The notes under the pieces were generated by a model. It saw nothing but the letters and a program-made list of their open reading frames with translations, made no database searches and was not told the DNA's origin. The position numbers and the translations under genes are program-made. Of a stretch of DNA of 64,000 nt, positions 1-12,868 are shown in pieces. The DNA comes from Mobula hypostoma (Eukaryota). Position 1 is the stretch's first letter. Each line of letters begins with the position of its first letter. The stretch covers positions 37,388,001-37,452,000 of the forward strand of contig NC_086097.1 in the NCBI RefSeq assembly GCF_963921235.1. Reading direction: 5' to 3'.

Positions 1-63
1 CTCTGATTGAAGAAGTTTCCCATCATGTTCCCCTTAAACATTTAACATTTCACCCTTAACCCA
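1..63 (-). mobile_element. CR1 LINE 3' fragment (truncated by window edge)
   Basis: Resembles the reverse complement of the CR1 ORF2 3' region seen elsewhere in the window (aagaagtttccc...ccccttaaacatt...cacccttaacc). Confidence 0.5.
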
Positions 64-99
64 TTCGAAAATGTATATATCCGGCCCTTTTCAATACCT

Positions 100-3000
100 T
101 CCAAATTAACGACTACCTGCATTCCCCTGTAGTGATGTGGATGCTATGTGCACTTCAAGATGTTCCGTCTCCCTGAAGGTGCCAGTGAAGTACGAAGAAC
201 TCGAAATGACCAGATCAGCACCACACATCAGAGTCCCGGCTAGACATGTCTTTATTGATAAAACCCAGTTTAGCCCTTTTTTTTTGTTGCAAAATTGCTT
301 CCTATTCGGGTTGTGAAGAGACAGGCCATGCACATACCAATAGGGAAGAAATGTATTTGCTTTTTAAAATCCGCATTAAATGAAAATGCGCGGTTAGGAA
401 GGACGAGGATGGTGGCTGGGTGCTGTTGGAGAAACTTCCCGTTTCACCACGTTTTCACCACGGGGTATCAACATGGGCGCAGTTTCCCGTTCTTTTACTT
501 TATGTAATTGAAATATCGATTTTTTTTAATGCAAGAGCCGTGAGAAAGCTGAAATTCGAGGCGAGATGGTACCGCAGAGAGGCACAAGAGTGCAGAACAG
601 CTTCGAATGTCAAGTAGCTACAAAAGCAATTCTCTCAGGAGCAAAGTAACCGGAATGCGCGAAAAACTAAATTTCTCCTAATCCCCATTTGTACTTGCAG
701 CTCCCGAGAATGGGATGAAAGGGGAATTGGCTCAGATATGGCCACTTCAAATTCAAGCATCGAGCTGAAATGTCCATTCGGGAGGAGAACTTAATGAACC
801 AAGACAACCAAGAAACAAATAGCACCAGACCTTGGGTTAGTGGGCCTGCCTTCCCGAAAGCCCATGTACTAAGCATATGGTGAACTGCTCAGCGGAATTT
901 GACAGAAACATAGCCGGATTATATACCCTGACGGAGTACTCGCCCTCAACCTCCAAAAGAAACACGGACGCACTCAGTAGGGAGGAGGCTGGTATTACTT
1001 AAGACGTATTTTTAAATTTAGCAGTGAGTCGTAACGAGCACAATATTTACCGGCGACGGCAAGCTCTTCAAAAATGCATTCATTAACGGCCGGCTACGGC
1101 AGTATATTTTATCTAAACATTTTAAGGGAAAGTAGGTGGTGTTATTCAATGTTATTAGTTGTTATGCAACTTCATTTTATTTCAATGGTAATTTGCCGAG
1201 GTTCCGACATCAGACGGGGGAAAATATCCTTACACCTAGATGCTGCAATATATATTGCAGTTCCTATTAGACTTTTCTAAATTAGTTTCAGATACCCTGT
1301 CTGAGATCTCTATATATGTATGTTCTCTTGCTTCAATATTTTAAAATACTGCAGTTCTTATGATTAAATATCGCCTCCCCTCCCCCCTCCAATTTACTTG
1401 AAACCAGCGTTGCTTGTGAGACCCACAGTCGCCCGGGAGATCTTAATTCCAAAATCGCAAAACCTCACATGGAACGTATATCTACTTTAATATTGGTTCG
1501 GGAATAAAGGGTAATGCTGATGATAAATGTAATTTTATACACATTTAATTTGCCATCATTTAATTATAAATTTTTCGTAATAACTGCCAAATAATTTCCA
1601 AATCCCCGGGTCGAACAGATCTGAACGCTACTGGGAAGGAAAGTTTGAAAGTCGATGTAACTGTCTTGCTGACAATTTCTTTTACCGGTTTCCAACTGGA
1701 TTAAACCAATAAATTTAATACTTAATTTCGATTTGGCAGGAATTAAACAAGCAGTAGCTGTTTAAAACAAGATTTCGTACGTTAGAAATACAAAGAATCC
1801 ATCTTATTCCGGGCGCGGGGGTGTGGTGTGTGCGTGGAAATGCCTTCTTATGTATAATATCACATTTAAAGGACAGATGAAATTAAAAATGAAGGAAGTT
1901 ACTGATTGTATACGAAGCTTTTGTCGGAGACTCCAGTATTTTTGTTTGATCACAGTTCGGATCAGCGAACGGGACGTTGAAATTACAGGTTTAAGGCCAG
2001 GTTTATTTGTTCAAACGATTTATTGAAAAAAAACGCAGAGGTATTTATAATTACCGGGGGTTTGTATGAATGGCCGAGCGTTTTCTAAACAAGCCAGATA
2101 TTGACTTACATTTGATGTATTCATCTGTCCTAACGCTGGGAAGGGAAGAATAGTATTCACTTACCAACATTTTTAAAAAGAGGAAACAAGGGACAAGCTA
2201 AATCATTATTACTACCTGTTCTTACGGTGAGCGATCACCTGTTAAAAGGTCATGAATAACAGGTAGATCTCCATCTCCTTCTCTGAAAAAAGGGGCATTT
2301 GTTCGCTGACAGCTGATTGACAGACTGAGAAACACGAGCTGGTGGGGCTGGCTGATTTGAGGATAAAACTCTGATGTCCCCTCAAACATTTCAGGAAATG
2401 AAAGTTGTAACCGGATCCTTTCAGCCAACATCTCCCGGAGCAAACACAAAGGCTCACAGGAACCTACCCGGATTATTTTGCAGCTAGATGGTAGAGAAAA
2501 AACAGCCGTCACATTGAGCAGAGAGCTGGCAGCCTGCTCCCACATTTATTAGAAATGTCTGTCTAAGCAGCCCTTTAAATGGGTCAACATTTTCGTAAGT
2601 GTACAATAAGCACTTTTCTTCCCAAAAATAACATCCCTTTTCAAAAATGCGCATTGCTCATAAAATTCGACGATTGCAGTATTTCATGTCAAAACAACGT
2701 CCAACCATGTGACCCCGGTGGAGTCCACATGTGCGGCGTTTATCCATATTTTTTTCACTGCCAAACAACCTATCAGACTAGTGAAACCTGCCTCAGTGTC
2801 AGAATATTCCTTAACTTAACGGGTACTTTTTTTTTACCATAATAATTGTGCACGAATGCATGATCGAATTTATAAAAAACATGGCCAACCGTTATAACGA
2901 GTTGGCATTAACTTTCTAAACACCTTCTTGATATAAAGCTCTGAAATTAGGGGCTTTCCAATCAAGAACCGGCATAACCATTTGCCGACGTGACATACTG

Positions 3001-5100
3001 CGTCGCATCACCCTGTAGCATTAAGCTCTCACGAATGTGTACGCGTTTCGATGTGAAAGGAAGCGTTGGAAGGGGAGAGGTCACGCAGTGCAATTTGCTA
3101 TTCTTCAACTAAGTGACCATTAATAATCTGACAGTGCATTGCACCTGTAAAAGGCGACGCGCTTATCTACCTGGTTAAATTGAAGTGGCTACCGTGGTAC
3201 CGCACGTCCATTATAAAGAAGGAGCAATTTGGCATCGTCTAGCTATCGATAACAACGTTGTTACAAATTAATATTAATTGGTAATATAAGAGCTAAAGTT
3301 ACACCTATTTCAGAGTACTGCTTGTCTGTATCCCGCTGTGGATAATTAAATTAATTTAAAACAATTAAAGGAAAAAGAATGCAACGCAAACATAAATATT
3401 TGTATGTTTCAAAGACAAACGGTAAGAAACGCGTTATTAACGCAGAGTGAATACATTCACATGGACGAACATCAGTATTTCCAAAATTCCAAGAGTATTG
3501 AATTTTCATCCGATCAATGGTTTATTGTAAGTCTTGATATTCAATAAGAAGCACAAATAAAGTCACGTGATACCAGGCTTCAGGGAAATAGCACCAGGGC
3601 TATAACTGGATGGCACAGATACTGCTCCCTGCAAACGTATATTAAAAATCATTGCGTTGCATCGGGAATATTAATTAAACGACACAGGCAGAGTTCATAA
3701 GTTACTTCCTATGACCCAAATAGCACAAACAAATCTGTTGCAAATTACACGCATCAGCGATTTCTAGAGCAAATTGCGTTCCAACAAAGGTGAGAGTTTT
3801 ATGACGGCACTAACAGTAGTTTAAAATTTGTTTGTAACACCGACATTTCCATTATTAGATTTTTACAGCCGACGGCGGAGTCATTAAAACGCGTGTCCGA
3901 ATATGTGATCTTGCAGTGAGTGGCGCGGATTTTTCCAAGAGATGTCAAGGGCAAGACAGAGGATAGAATGAGAAAACAACTACACAAAGTCACGTGGGCA
4001 CATTTGACAGCGATTGACAAACATATCTCGCATGGCTAAATCTGCATCTATGTTTACCTCCTGTTCAGAGAATGACTAATTTGAGGTTATGAAATCTTGC
4101 TCTGTGCTTTAACCTCATCCAGAATGGACTCCTGTCTCTTGCGAAGTGCAGAGTTCCATTTCACAGCAAAGTGGACTAGCTCTATTTCCCCTCTTTCGGG
4201 GAGTAAAGGAAAATGCCTCTTCTTCCTTACTTTGCCCCGAAACCGAAAGGAACCCATAACATACTTCCGCCTTGACTCCAATCATTGGATTTAGAACTGG
4301 AAATATCCAACTCATCAACTGAAAGTTTCAATTCAAATGAAAACTGAGGATTGTAATGGTTGCCTCGGATCATACAAGGATAAACCATATCGTCACTAAA
4401 CCATCGCAGAATATCATTCTAAATGGTGGGAGACATTTAATTATTGAATAATGAAAATATAATTTCCTCCTTTATAAACCCGCAACAGGAGCAAATTCAG
4501 ACTAACGGTTACAAATCCATTAAAATAACTAAGATTAAGAAAATTAAAACAAAACAAAACCGAGAAAATACTAGAAAACACCCAGCAGGTCAGACCGTAT
4601 CGGTGGGAGGTGAAACAGTAAGTAATAAAAGGCGAGGACACTTGTAACCCTGCAGATGCGCAAAATGAGACCGACTTTACATTTTTCCCCTTTGCACGCC
4701 CGGACGTCGGTAATCAGGTCAGAAGACACTTTCCCAGTGTTCCTTCTCATACACATTAATTGAAATATCTCTGGCTCGCAGTCGTTAGGTGCATTTTTGT
4801 CTCGAATGCCCTAAAAACCTGGAGCTATGACACCGAATCAGGCATCTAAATTTCAGAGCTCCGGTTACCATCCAACCCTCCAGACTCGGTGTACGTTTGC
4901 AGCAGGATTCAATTCTTGCTAGAATCATTAATTATTTAATGATTGACTTCTCTTACAGGCTGGGGTGTGGACTGAGGCACAGCTCACGACAGTGCCTGGG
5001 TGTGTGCAGCTCAGAGGCACCACTCATTGAAATATCAAACTGCAGAATTAAAATCAACACTGACACGGAAGGGTCCCTGGACATATTATGCACATGGTAC
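100..5100. promoter_or_regulatory. TE-free, CpG-retaining region with homeodomain/TALE/E-box motifs (putative developmental cis-regulatory domain)
   Basis: No recognisable repeats over ~5 kb. CpG is visibly more frequent than in the rest of the window. Many TAAT/ATTA clusters; TGATTGACAG at 2314-2323; GTCACGTG at 3562 and 3989. Confidence 0.5.
2307..2323 (+). promoter_or_regulatory. TALE composite site: MEIS TGACAG + E-box CAGCTG + PBX-MEIS/PREP decamer TGATTGACAG
   Basis: Sequence tgacagctgattgacag; exact match to the established PBX-MEIS/PREP decamer. Confidence 0.45.
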
Positions 5101-5119
5101 AAATACCTAGGTATTGTTT

Positions 5120-5640
5120 AAACGTAAAGAACGTTTCGGCCTATATCATCCCTTCAGTCAGTGAGTCCCAAACCAGCCTCTGGGTAAAATTTATTTTCCC
5201 CACTTCCTTTCTAACTTTTCTATCAATTTATCCCCGCTGATTCTTGACCCCGTCTGCAATGGGGAAAGGCCCTTCTTGGTTACTCCATCTAGGCTCCAAA
5301 TAATTTTACACACTTCATTCATGTTTCTCCTCAGCCTTCTCAGTCCCAATGAAAATAATACTCATTTATACAATTTTTCTTCATGTTTACAATCTTCTAG
5401 CCTTGCTATTGTCCTTTTAAAATCAGTTTTGTATCTTCAACAGTGAAATTATTTGTTTCTTATTACAGTTTCTAAAATTCAAATCTTAAGCTGTGACCTA
5501 GTTGGTTTTAAATTTCTTGCACAGTGACCTTCCTGTAATAGATGGTGCTTATTCTAAAGACAAAATCAATCCATGTGTTCTTAATCACCTATTGACCCAT
5601 CTTGCTGGACATACAATCCAAGGTGCACACTGGTCTCTGT
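5120..5640 (-). mobile_element. Old degraded CR1 LINE 3' fragment
   Basis: Diverged similarity to other minus-strand CR1 3' ends (ctccatctaggctcc..aattttacacacttc..ctcctcagccttct). Confidence 0.45.
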
Positions 5641-5699
5641 CCTCCCAGTTACAGTGCACTCCCTTGTATTGTTACACTTCCACAGATCTGTTAACCCGT

Positions 5700-6050
5700 T
5701 CTGTCCAAAAGCTTAAGAGACAACAGCTTCACTTGCACTGTCACTACAAGGAAATCCTTGGACGTAGTCAAGAATTGGTTTCTGGGGAGCAGACCATTTA
5801 ACTTATTCACAGGATGTTGGTGTTGTTGCCCTAGTCTCTTTACAGCTCATGTTCTCATTATATTTTTTGTTATTATTTGCAAGTGTGTCTTCTGCACTTT
5901 GGATTTTGTCAGTCTTAGTTTATATATGTTTTTTCATAGATTCCACAGTATTTCTTTATTTTTCTTGTAAATATGTGCAATAAAATGAATTCCGAGGTGG
6001 TATATGGTTACATATACATACTTTGATAATAAATTTACTTTGACCTGTGA
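5700..6050 (+). mobile_element. Rex1/Babar-type LINE 3' end fragment
   Basis: Ends in tactttgataataaatttactttga, the tail shared with copies at 27200-27693 and 55270-55790. Confidence 0.55.
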
Positions 6051-6152
6051 ACTTTGAAGGTCAGGACGCAATGCCCATTCCCCATTGACTTGAACCTTGG
6101 TGGCCTGCTGGTTTTTTTTTCAAAGGACAGTTAAGACTCAGCCACATTTCTA

Positions 6153-6174
6153 TGTGTGTGTGTGTGTGTGTGTG
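6153..6174 (+). repeat. (TG)n microsatellite
   Basis: Direct observation of a TG run. Confidence 0.9.
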
Positions 6175-6489
6175 GTCACATGCAGACCAGCCTGGGTAAA
6201 TTTTCTTCCAAGTGGGGTCATGGTGCCATTTAGGCATACTGTACGTAAATAATCGGGAACAGGATGAGCTCACAAGGGATGTGCTCTCCCCCGCACAGGT
6301 CCACCCAAAGACACCCCTGGTGACTGTGGGTGAGGTTTGGTTTCACAGTGAAAATCCTACACCTGGACAGTTTAGGTCAGTTCGCATTCCTTGTTGCCAG
6401 CTGGTTTGTTTAGCTGTGTTTATGTGTAAACACAATCACAGTCGACATCACACCCACACCCATGGGGCAGCCTAAATAATTCCTATCAA

Positions 6490-7280
6490 TAGCAGGTGGA
6501 ATTTAATCTTGAGCACATGAGGTGATATATTTTGAGAAGACTAATGAGGTTAGGATGAACACAATGAATTGTTGAATCGTAGGAAGTACCCAGAGGGACC
6601 TTGGCATGCACTCCAAGAACCCCCAAACAACTTGGATGAAAATGTAGATGGGTGTATTAGTAAGTTTGCAGATGATTGGTTGAGTTGTGGATATTGTAGA
6701 ACACAACACAAAGAATACAGCGCAATATAGACCAGTTGCAGATATGGGCTGAGAAATGGGGAAATGTGAGGTGTTGCACCTAGACAGGGCAAATGCTAGG
6801 AGACAGTACCCTGTCAAGGGCAAGATTCTTAACAGTGTTGCTGAGCAGAGAGAACTTAGGATCCAAGTTACAGCTCCTCAAAAGTGGCTACACAGGTCGA
6901 TGAGGTGGTTCAGAAGGCATGTGGAATGCTTGCTTTTGTTCGTCAAGGCATTGAGTTCAAGCATCAGCAGGTTATGTTGCAACTTTATAAAACTCTGGTT
7001 AGGCCATATCTGGAGTATGGTGTACAGTTCTGGTCGCCCACTATAGGAAGGATGTTGAGGCTTTGGAGAGGGTGCAGAAGAGATTTATCAGGATGCTGCC
7101 TGGTTTAGAGCGCATGTGCTATCATGGAGGCTGGATAAACTTGTGTTGTTTTCTCTGGAGTGTCGGAGGCTGAGGGGAGTTTACTGTTCAGGTGTTTTTG
7201 ATTTGCTCTTTAACTGGTTCAGCACAACATTGTGGGCTGAATGGCCTGTTCTTGTGCCGTACTGTTCTACGTCCTATGTT
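6490..7280 (+). mobile_element. CR1 LINE fragment (RT C-terminal half and 3' tail), frameshifted
   Basis: Translations KCEVLHL and MLQLYKTLVRPYLEYGVQFWSP; tail ...ctgttctacgtcctatgtt. Confidence 0.9.
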
Positions 7281-7489
7281 CACAGACCAGCAGATGCATT
7301 GCATTTACCACAAAGCACAGTGTAGGGAGGCTGACAGACATAAGCAACCTCAAACAACAGTCATGGTAGGGTGCGCTCTTCTGGTCAAACGTGGTTGCAG
7401 TGCAGAGTGTGCGGAAATAAAGGAGGATGTTGCAATGAATGGAGAAAAGAAGATGGAGATGGCTGAGGAGAGAGTTATGAGGAGAGACT

Positions 7490-7810
7490 GTAAGAGCTGG
7501 GTTGTTTTCCTTGAAGTGGAGAAGGCTTGGGGGGGACCTGACTAGATCCTACAAATTTATGGTGGGCATGATAGGGTAGAGAGAGGGAGATGTACCCCTT
7601 TTAGCAGAGGTATCTATAACCAGGGGCACCAGGTTTAAGTCAATGGATAGGAGATTGAGGTGGAATTTGAGGAAGAATTATCTTCACGCAGAACATGGCT
7701 GAAATCTGGAACTCAGGCCCCAAGGATGGAGGTGGGCTTATCCACAACACTTGCTATTAATGGAAACACTGTGCATTATGAGCCTGGAAAACCAGATCAG
7801 TTTAGATAAG
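7490..7810 (+). mobile_element. Degraded CR1 3' fragment
   Basis: gggggacctgactagatcctacaaatt... resembles CR1 'RGDLIEVYKIM'. Confidence 0.55.
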
Positions 7811-7824
7811 TTTTTTAGAAAATG

Positions 7825-8070
7825 TTTATTTATTGACATAGCACAGTAACCGGCCCTTTCGGCTCAACAAGCCTGCACCATCCAATTACACCCGCGTGGT
7901 CAATTAACCGACCAGCCCACATGCCTTTGTAACGTGGGAGAGGACTGGACCATCCACAGGAAATCCACACAGACACAGGGAGAGTGTACAAACTCTTTAC
8001 GGACAGAGGCAACATTGAAGCCGGGTCACCGGTACTGTAATAGTGCTATGCTAACTGCCACGTTACCGTC
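7825..8070 (-). mobile_element. tRNA-derived V-domain SINE (HE1-like) with CR1-type tail
   Basis: Reverse complement has a tRNA-like head (acggtaacgtggcagttagc...ggcttcaat) and a V core (gagtttgtacactctccctgtgtctgtgtggatttcc). Confidence 0.75.
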
Positions 8071-8636
8071 TTAATGGCCAGCATGGCAGAGGGGGCCGAA
8101 GGGTCTCTTTCCCCTGGCGCTTGACTCTATATCGAACTGTTGATGATTTATCAACAGAGTCATGGCAAAAAGCTGCAGGTTGGCAAGTGAGGGCCCTCCA
8201 CCAAATTACCTGGAAGCTCTAGACGCAAAGTTTGCTGGATTCTGTGGGAAGAATGGAGGAACTCTGGAAATGATGATACGGCGCCGGCACTTTTTTGGAC
8301 GGCCAGAATGGCCTCTTTCTGAACTACAAGATTGTGTAGTATTTCCACCGGCCCTTTTAATCCTTTTGTTTGACCCGCTTGCTCCACTATCTATCTCATT
8401 CGCAGAAACTTTGTTGCTGCAATGACGTGACACTATCACAATACAGAGCATTCTGCTCGAATTTCTCTCTATGTCACAACGGGGTCGAATGCTCCAGAAA
8501 CATTCGTCAACGTCAACAGAAGTCTTTACATACTGGAGAAAGCTTATAGGGTATTTTTAAAATTACCCAAGCAGCAGCAGTCCCCGTGCTCTGGTCTATT
8601 TTAATATTAGGCAGGGGTTACATTTCCCGGACGCAT

Positions 8637-8651
8637 ACCGCCACCTAGTGT
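8637..8651 (-). promoter_or_regulatory. CTCF-like motif
   Basis: Reverse complement ACACTAGGTGGCGGT versus consensus CCACYAGRKGGCR; lies in unique CpG-retaining sequence. Confidence 0.45.
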
Positions 8652-8909
8652 TTATTTCCAGATTTACAAGCACTAGCCCCACAGCTCCTAACGATTATCA
8701 ACCTAGTGACGTGGGAGTGTATGTAGGCCAGGTGAGTTTTAAAGGGAGTGTCAGAGGAGAAAAGTGAGATTGAAATAGAGACTTGTAGAACAAAAATTCC
8801 TAGGAAAAGTCCTAAAACACAGCCTCCAACGTAAGTTAAAAGGGAAGCATACATTAGAAATCAACAGTTTTGTGGGAGTTTGAGTGAGGAGACAGAAGGT
8901 AGGCATCAT

Positions 8910-9182
8910 ACATTGATTAGGAACAGGAGTAGGCTGATCACCCCTTCAAGCCTGCTCTACTGTTTATTAAGATCATGGCGGTTCTGATTTGAACCTCAAC
9001 TCTGCCATTCTTCCCTATTTAGGTAATCTCTTGTTTATCAGGTATCCAACAATTTCTGTCTTAAATTATTCCAGGACACTGCCCTTTGAGGAAGAGAATT
9101 CCAAAGATTCATAACTCTCTAAAGGAAAATCATTTTGTTTCACATCTCTCTGAAATACAGTAGGTGACTCCATATTTTAAAA
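8910..9182 (-). mobile_element. Old CR1 3' fragment
   Basis: Begins with the reverse-complement CR1 tail (taggaacaggagtaggc...ccccttcaagcctgctc). Confidence 0.6.
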
Positions 9183-9370
9183 ATGCTCTCTTCTTGCTGC
9201 TGCCACCAGGAAGGATGTACACAGGAACGTTTCCTCCTACATCAACATGTTCAGGAGCAGTTTTTACCCTGCAACCACCAGGCTCCTGAACCAGCATGGA
9301 TAACCTCACTCTCCTCAACACTGAACTGATTTCACTGCCCACGGACTCTACAGCTCATGTTCTGAGTGTG
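9183..9370 (+). mobile_element. Rex1/Babar-type LINE 3' fragment
   Basis: gctctcttcttgctgctgccaccaggaagg...ttcaggagcagtttttaccct, matching other Rex 3' copies. Confidence 0.65.
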
Positions 9371-9374
9371 ATTG

Positions 9375-9965
9375 GATCATTGGAATCTCTTCTGGGGAAG
9401 GTGTGATCTGTACAAAAAGGATAGGTTACAGCTGAACCCGAAGGGGACCAATATCCTTGCAGGCAGGTTAGCTAGAACTGTTGGGGAGGGTTTAAACTAA
9501 ATTGGCAGGGGGGTGGGAATCAGAGCAATAGGGCAGAGAATGGGGCAGTTGGAATTCAAGTTAATGCAGGGTGTAGTAAGACTGTGAGGAAGCACAGGCA
9601 GATGATAGAGCAAAATTACAGTTCATGGGAGGAGGTGAAGTGTAACATGCGGGAAAAATTGAAAAGGGTGGTGAATACAGGACTGGTGTTTTATTTGAAT
9701 GCATACAGTATATGGAATAATGTAGATGATCCTGTAGCACAGTTAGAGATTGGCAGGTATGACAATGTGGGCATCACTGGGACTTGGCTGAAAGAAGATT
9801 ATAGTTGGAAGCCTAACATTGAAGGATATATTTGTCTTGAAAGGACAGGCAGGGTAGGTGGGGGGTTGCTCTGTTGGTAAAAAATGAAGTCAAATCCTTG
9901 GAAAGCGATGACATGGGATTGGAAGATGTAGAATCATTATGGGTAGGGTTAAGAAACTGCAGGAG
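9375..9965 (+). mobile_element. CR1 LINE fragment: ORF1 (esterase-like) end and ORF2 APE start
   Basis: GTNILAGRLARTVGEGLN* followed by YLNAYSIWNNVDDPVAQLEIGRYDNVGITGTWLK. Confidence 0.8.
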
Positions 9966-10024
9966 TGAAAAAAAAAGTTACGTTCTTGAGAGAATCTAAA
10001 AGTAGATGTCACTGTTTAAAATTC

Positions 10025-10215
10025 AACATTCAAAGTAAATTTATTATCAAAGTGTGTATATGTCATCATCTACTACCTTGAGATTCATCTTTACAGTAGA
10101 ACAACGAAATTTAACAGAACTAATGAAAAGCTACAAACAAAGATTGACAAACAACCAACGTACAAAAGAAGCTAAGCTGTTCAATAATAATAATAATGAA
10201 ATAAGTAAATAAATG
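10025..10215 (-). mobile_element. Rex1/Babar-type 3' tail
   Basis: caaagtaaatttattatcaaagt is the reverse complement of the family tail. Confidence 0.6.
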
Positions 10216-11865
10216 ATAAGACCATAAGACATAAGAGCAGAATTACGCCATTCAGCCCATTGAGTCTGCTCTGCTATTCCATCATGGGCAGATTTATTTT
10301 CCCTCTCAACCTAATTTTCCTGCCCTCTCTGCTTAACTTTTGATACCCTTACTAAGCAAGAATCTATCAACTTCTGTTTTAAATATATTTGCTCAATGAC
10401 TTGGTCTCCACTACCATCTGTGGTAATGAATACCATAGATTCAACACCCTCTGGCAAAAGAAATTCCCAATCTGTCAAAGTCCTTCTGCAGACTCTCTGC
10501 CCCTCCATCCACATTTTTGTTTCATCTGTAAACTTGGCCAGAAAGCCATCAACTCCATCATTCAAATCATTGACGTATAATGTGAAAAGAAACGATCTCA
10601 ATACCGACCCCTGCAGAGCAACATTTGTCACTGGCAGTCAGCCAGAATTGGCCACCCTTATTCCTACTTTTTGACTCCTGCCAGTTAGCCAATCTTCAAT
10701 CCATGCTAGTATCTTCCATGTCATACCATGGGCTCTTATGTTGTTACGCAGCCTCCTGTGTGGCTCCTTGTCAAAGGCTTTCTGAAAATCCAAGTTAACA
10801 ACACTCACGGACTTTTCTTTGTCTATCCAGCCTGTTGTTTTCTCAAAGAATTCCAACAGATTTGTCAGGCAAGATTTCCCCTTCAGGGAACCATGCTGTC
10901 TTTGGCCTTTTTTATCATGTGCCTTCAAGTACCCAAAACCTCATCCTTAATAATGGACTCCAACATCTTCCCAATCACTGAAGTCAGGTTAACTGGCCTA
11001 TCATTTCCTTTCTTCTGCTTCCCTCTCTTCTTAAACAGTGGAGTGACATTGGCAATTTTCCAGTTCTCCGGAACCATTCTAGAATCTAGTTATTCTTGAA
11101 AGATCATTACTAATTCCTCCATAATCTCTTTAGCCACCTCTTTCAGAACCTTAGGGTGTAGCCATCTGGTCCAGATGACTTATCTACCTTCAGACCTTTC
11201 AGTTTTCCAAGCACCTCCTCATTAATAATAGCAACTACACTCACTTCTGCCCCTTGGCACTCTCGAAATTCTGGCATAGTATTAGTGTCTTCCACAGTGA
11301 AGACTGACACAAAATACTTACTAAGCTTGTCCACACCATTTCTTGTTTCCCATTACTACCTCTCCAGTGTTATTTTTCTGCAGTCTGATATCCATTTTAC
11401 CTCTCTTTTATTCTTTATGTTTTTGAAAAAAACTTTTGGAATTCTTTTTGAGATGTTTGACTAGTTTACCTTCATATTTCATCTTTCCTTATGGGATTTT
11501 TAATTGTTTTCTGTTGGTTTTTAAAAGCTTCCCAATTCTCTAACTTCCCACCACTTTTTGCTCTATTACATGCCATCTCTTTAGCTTTTATGGTGTCTAT
11601 GGCTTCCTTTGTCCAACATGGTTGCCTCATCCTCCCTTTAGAATACTGTACTTCATCTTCGGGATGTATCTATGGTGCACCTTCTAAATTGCCCCCAGAA
11701 ACTCCAGCCATTGCAGTGTTGCCATCATCCCTGCTAGTGTCCCCTTCCAATCAACTTTGGCCATCTCTTCTCCATGCCTCTGTAGTTCCCTTTACTCCAC
11801 TGTAATACTGATATAATCCATATCTTCTTCCTCTCAAACAACAGGATGAATATTATCATATTCTG
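10216..11865 (-). mobile_element. CR1 LINE, decayed ORF2 (RT) with internal deletions
   Basis: QHGSLKGKSCLTNLLEFFE, LDFQKAFDK, LQGSVLRSFLF, KFTDETK; (CATAAGA)-type tail at the left end. Confidence 0.9.
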
Positions 11866-11989
11866 ATGGGACAAAGTTGATGCAGGAAGGGCAAAGTGGT
11901 CACAAAGCTTTGGTAAACTATTATTCAACCTCAGGGAGGGAAAGGGAGGCCTAGAAGCACCTTAGAGAAACTTATTTAAACAGGACATC

Positions 11990-12390
11990 AGATGAGAGGA
12001 CATTTGATAGGGGTATGCAAAATTACGAGGGGTATAGATAGAGTAAATGCAAGCAGGCTTTTTCCACTGAGATTGGATGAGATGAGAACTACAGGTCCTA
12101 GGTTAAGGTTGAAAAGTGAAATATTTAAAGAAAACACGAGGAGGAAGCTTCTTCACTCAGAGGGTGGTGAGAGTGCGGAATGAGCTTCCAGCAGAAGTGG
12201 TGGACATGGGTTCAATTTGAACACTTAAGGGAAGTTTGGATAGGTACAGTACATGGATGGGCGGGGGGGCGGTATAGGGGGCGATGGTCCAGGTGCAAGT
12301 CGATGGGTCGAGGCAAAATAATCGTTTGGCACAGACCAGGTGGGCTGGGAAGCCTGTTCCTCTGCTGTAGTGTTCTCTGACTATTTCTAT
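11990..12390 (+). mobile_element. CR1 3' fragment
   Basis: MRGHLIGVCKITRGIDRVNASRLFPL. Confidence 0.8.
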
Positions 12391-12759
12391 GGAGCTGAAA
12401 ATCCAGGAAGGATGCAGAATTAATTGAGGAACAAAGTTAAATTAGTTTCCATTTTTAGCTCCAGAAGCAAATAAGTAACGTGCTCTGATTCAGCAGCTTT
12501 AAACAGGTAAAGAAACTGCAGCCAAAGTTGGACAACCAGTGGAACCAGTAGGCAGGTTACTGGCACAAAGACAGTGGGGGAAGTGCTGTAATCTGATTTA
12601 GGACACTTTAACACTTCAGCAACAGAAGAGCTGGGTCTCGCAGTGTCGTTGAGCTCAATCCAGGAATTTAAAAGCTAAAAATCAAGAAGTGCCTACCAGA
12701 AACTGCAAATGTCTGAGTCCTGGAGCAGGTTTCACAGTCTGTGCAGGTCAGAAAACCTA

Positions 12760-12865
12760 AACATCTGCAGTTGCTGGAAATCTCAAACAAAAAAGCAGAC
12801 GTTGCTGGAAATATTCAGAAGGCTTGGTAGCATTTGTGGAAAGTGATATGATGTTTCAGGTCAAA
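12760..12865 (-). mobile_element. Penelope pLTR-derived remnant
   Basis: ctgcagttgctggaaatct...gttgctggaaatattcag resembles the pLTR end of the copy at 17262. Confidence 0.5.
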
Positions 12866-12868
12866 ATG

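Noticed and set aside
8210..8533. Open minus-strand frame bounded by AG/GT
   Set aside because: Its phase is incompatible with the next candidate exon (4418-4231) and no family is recognised.
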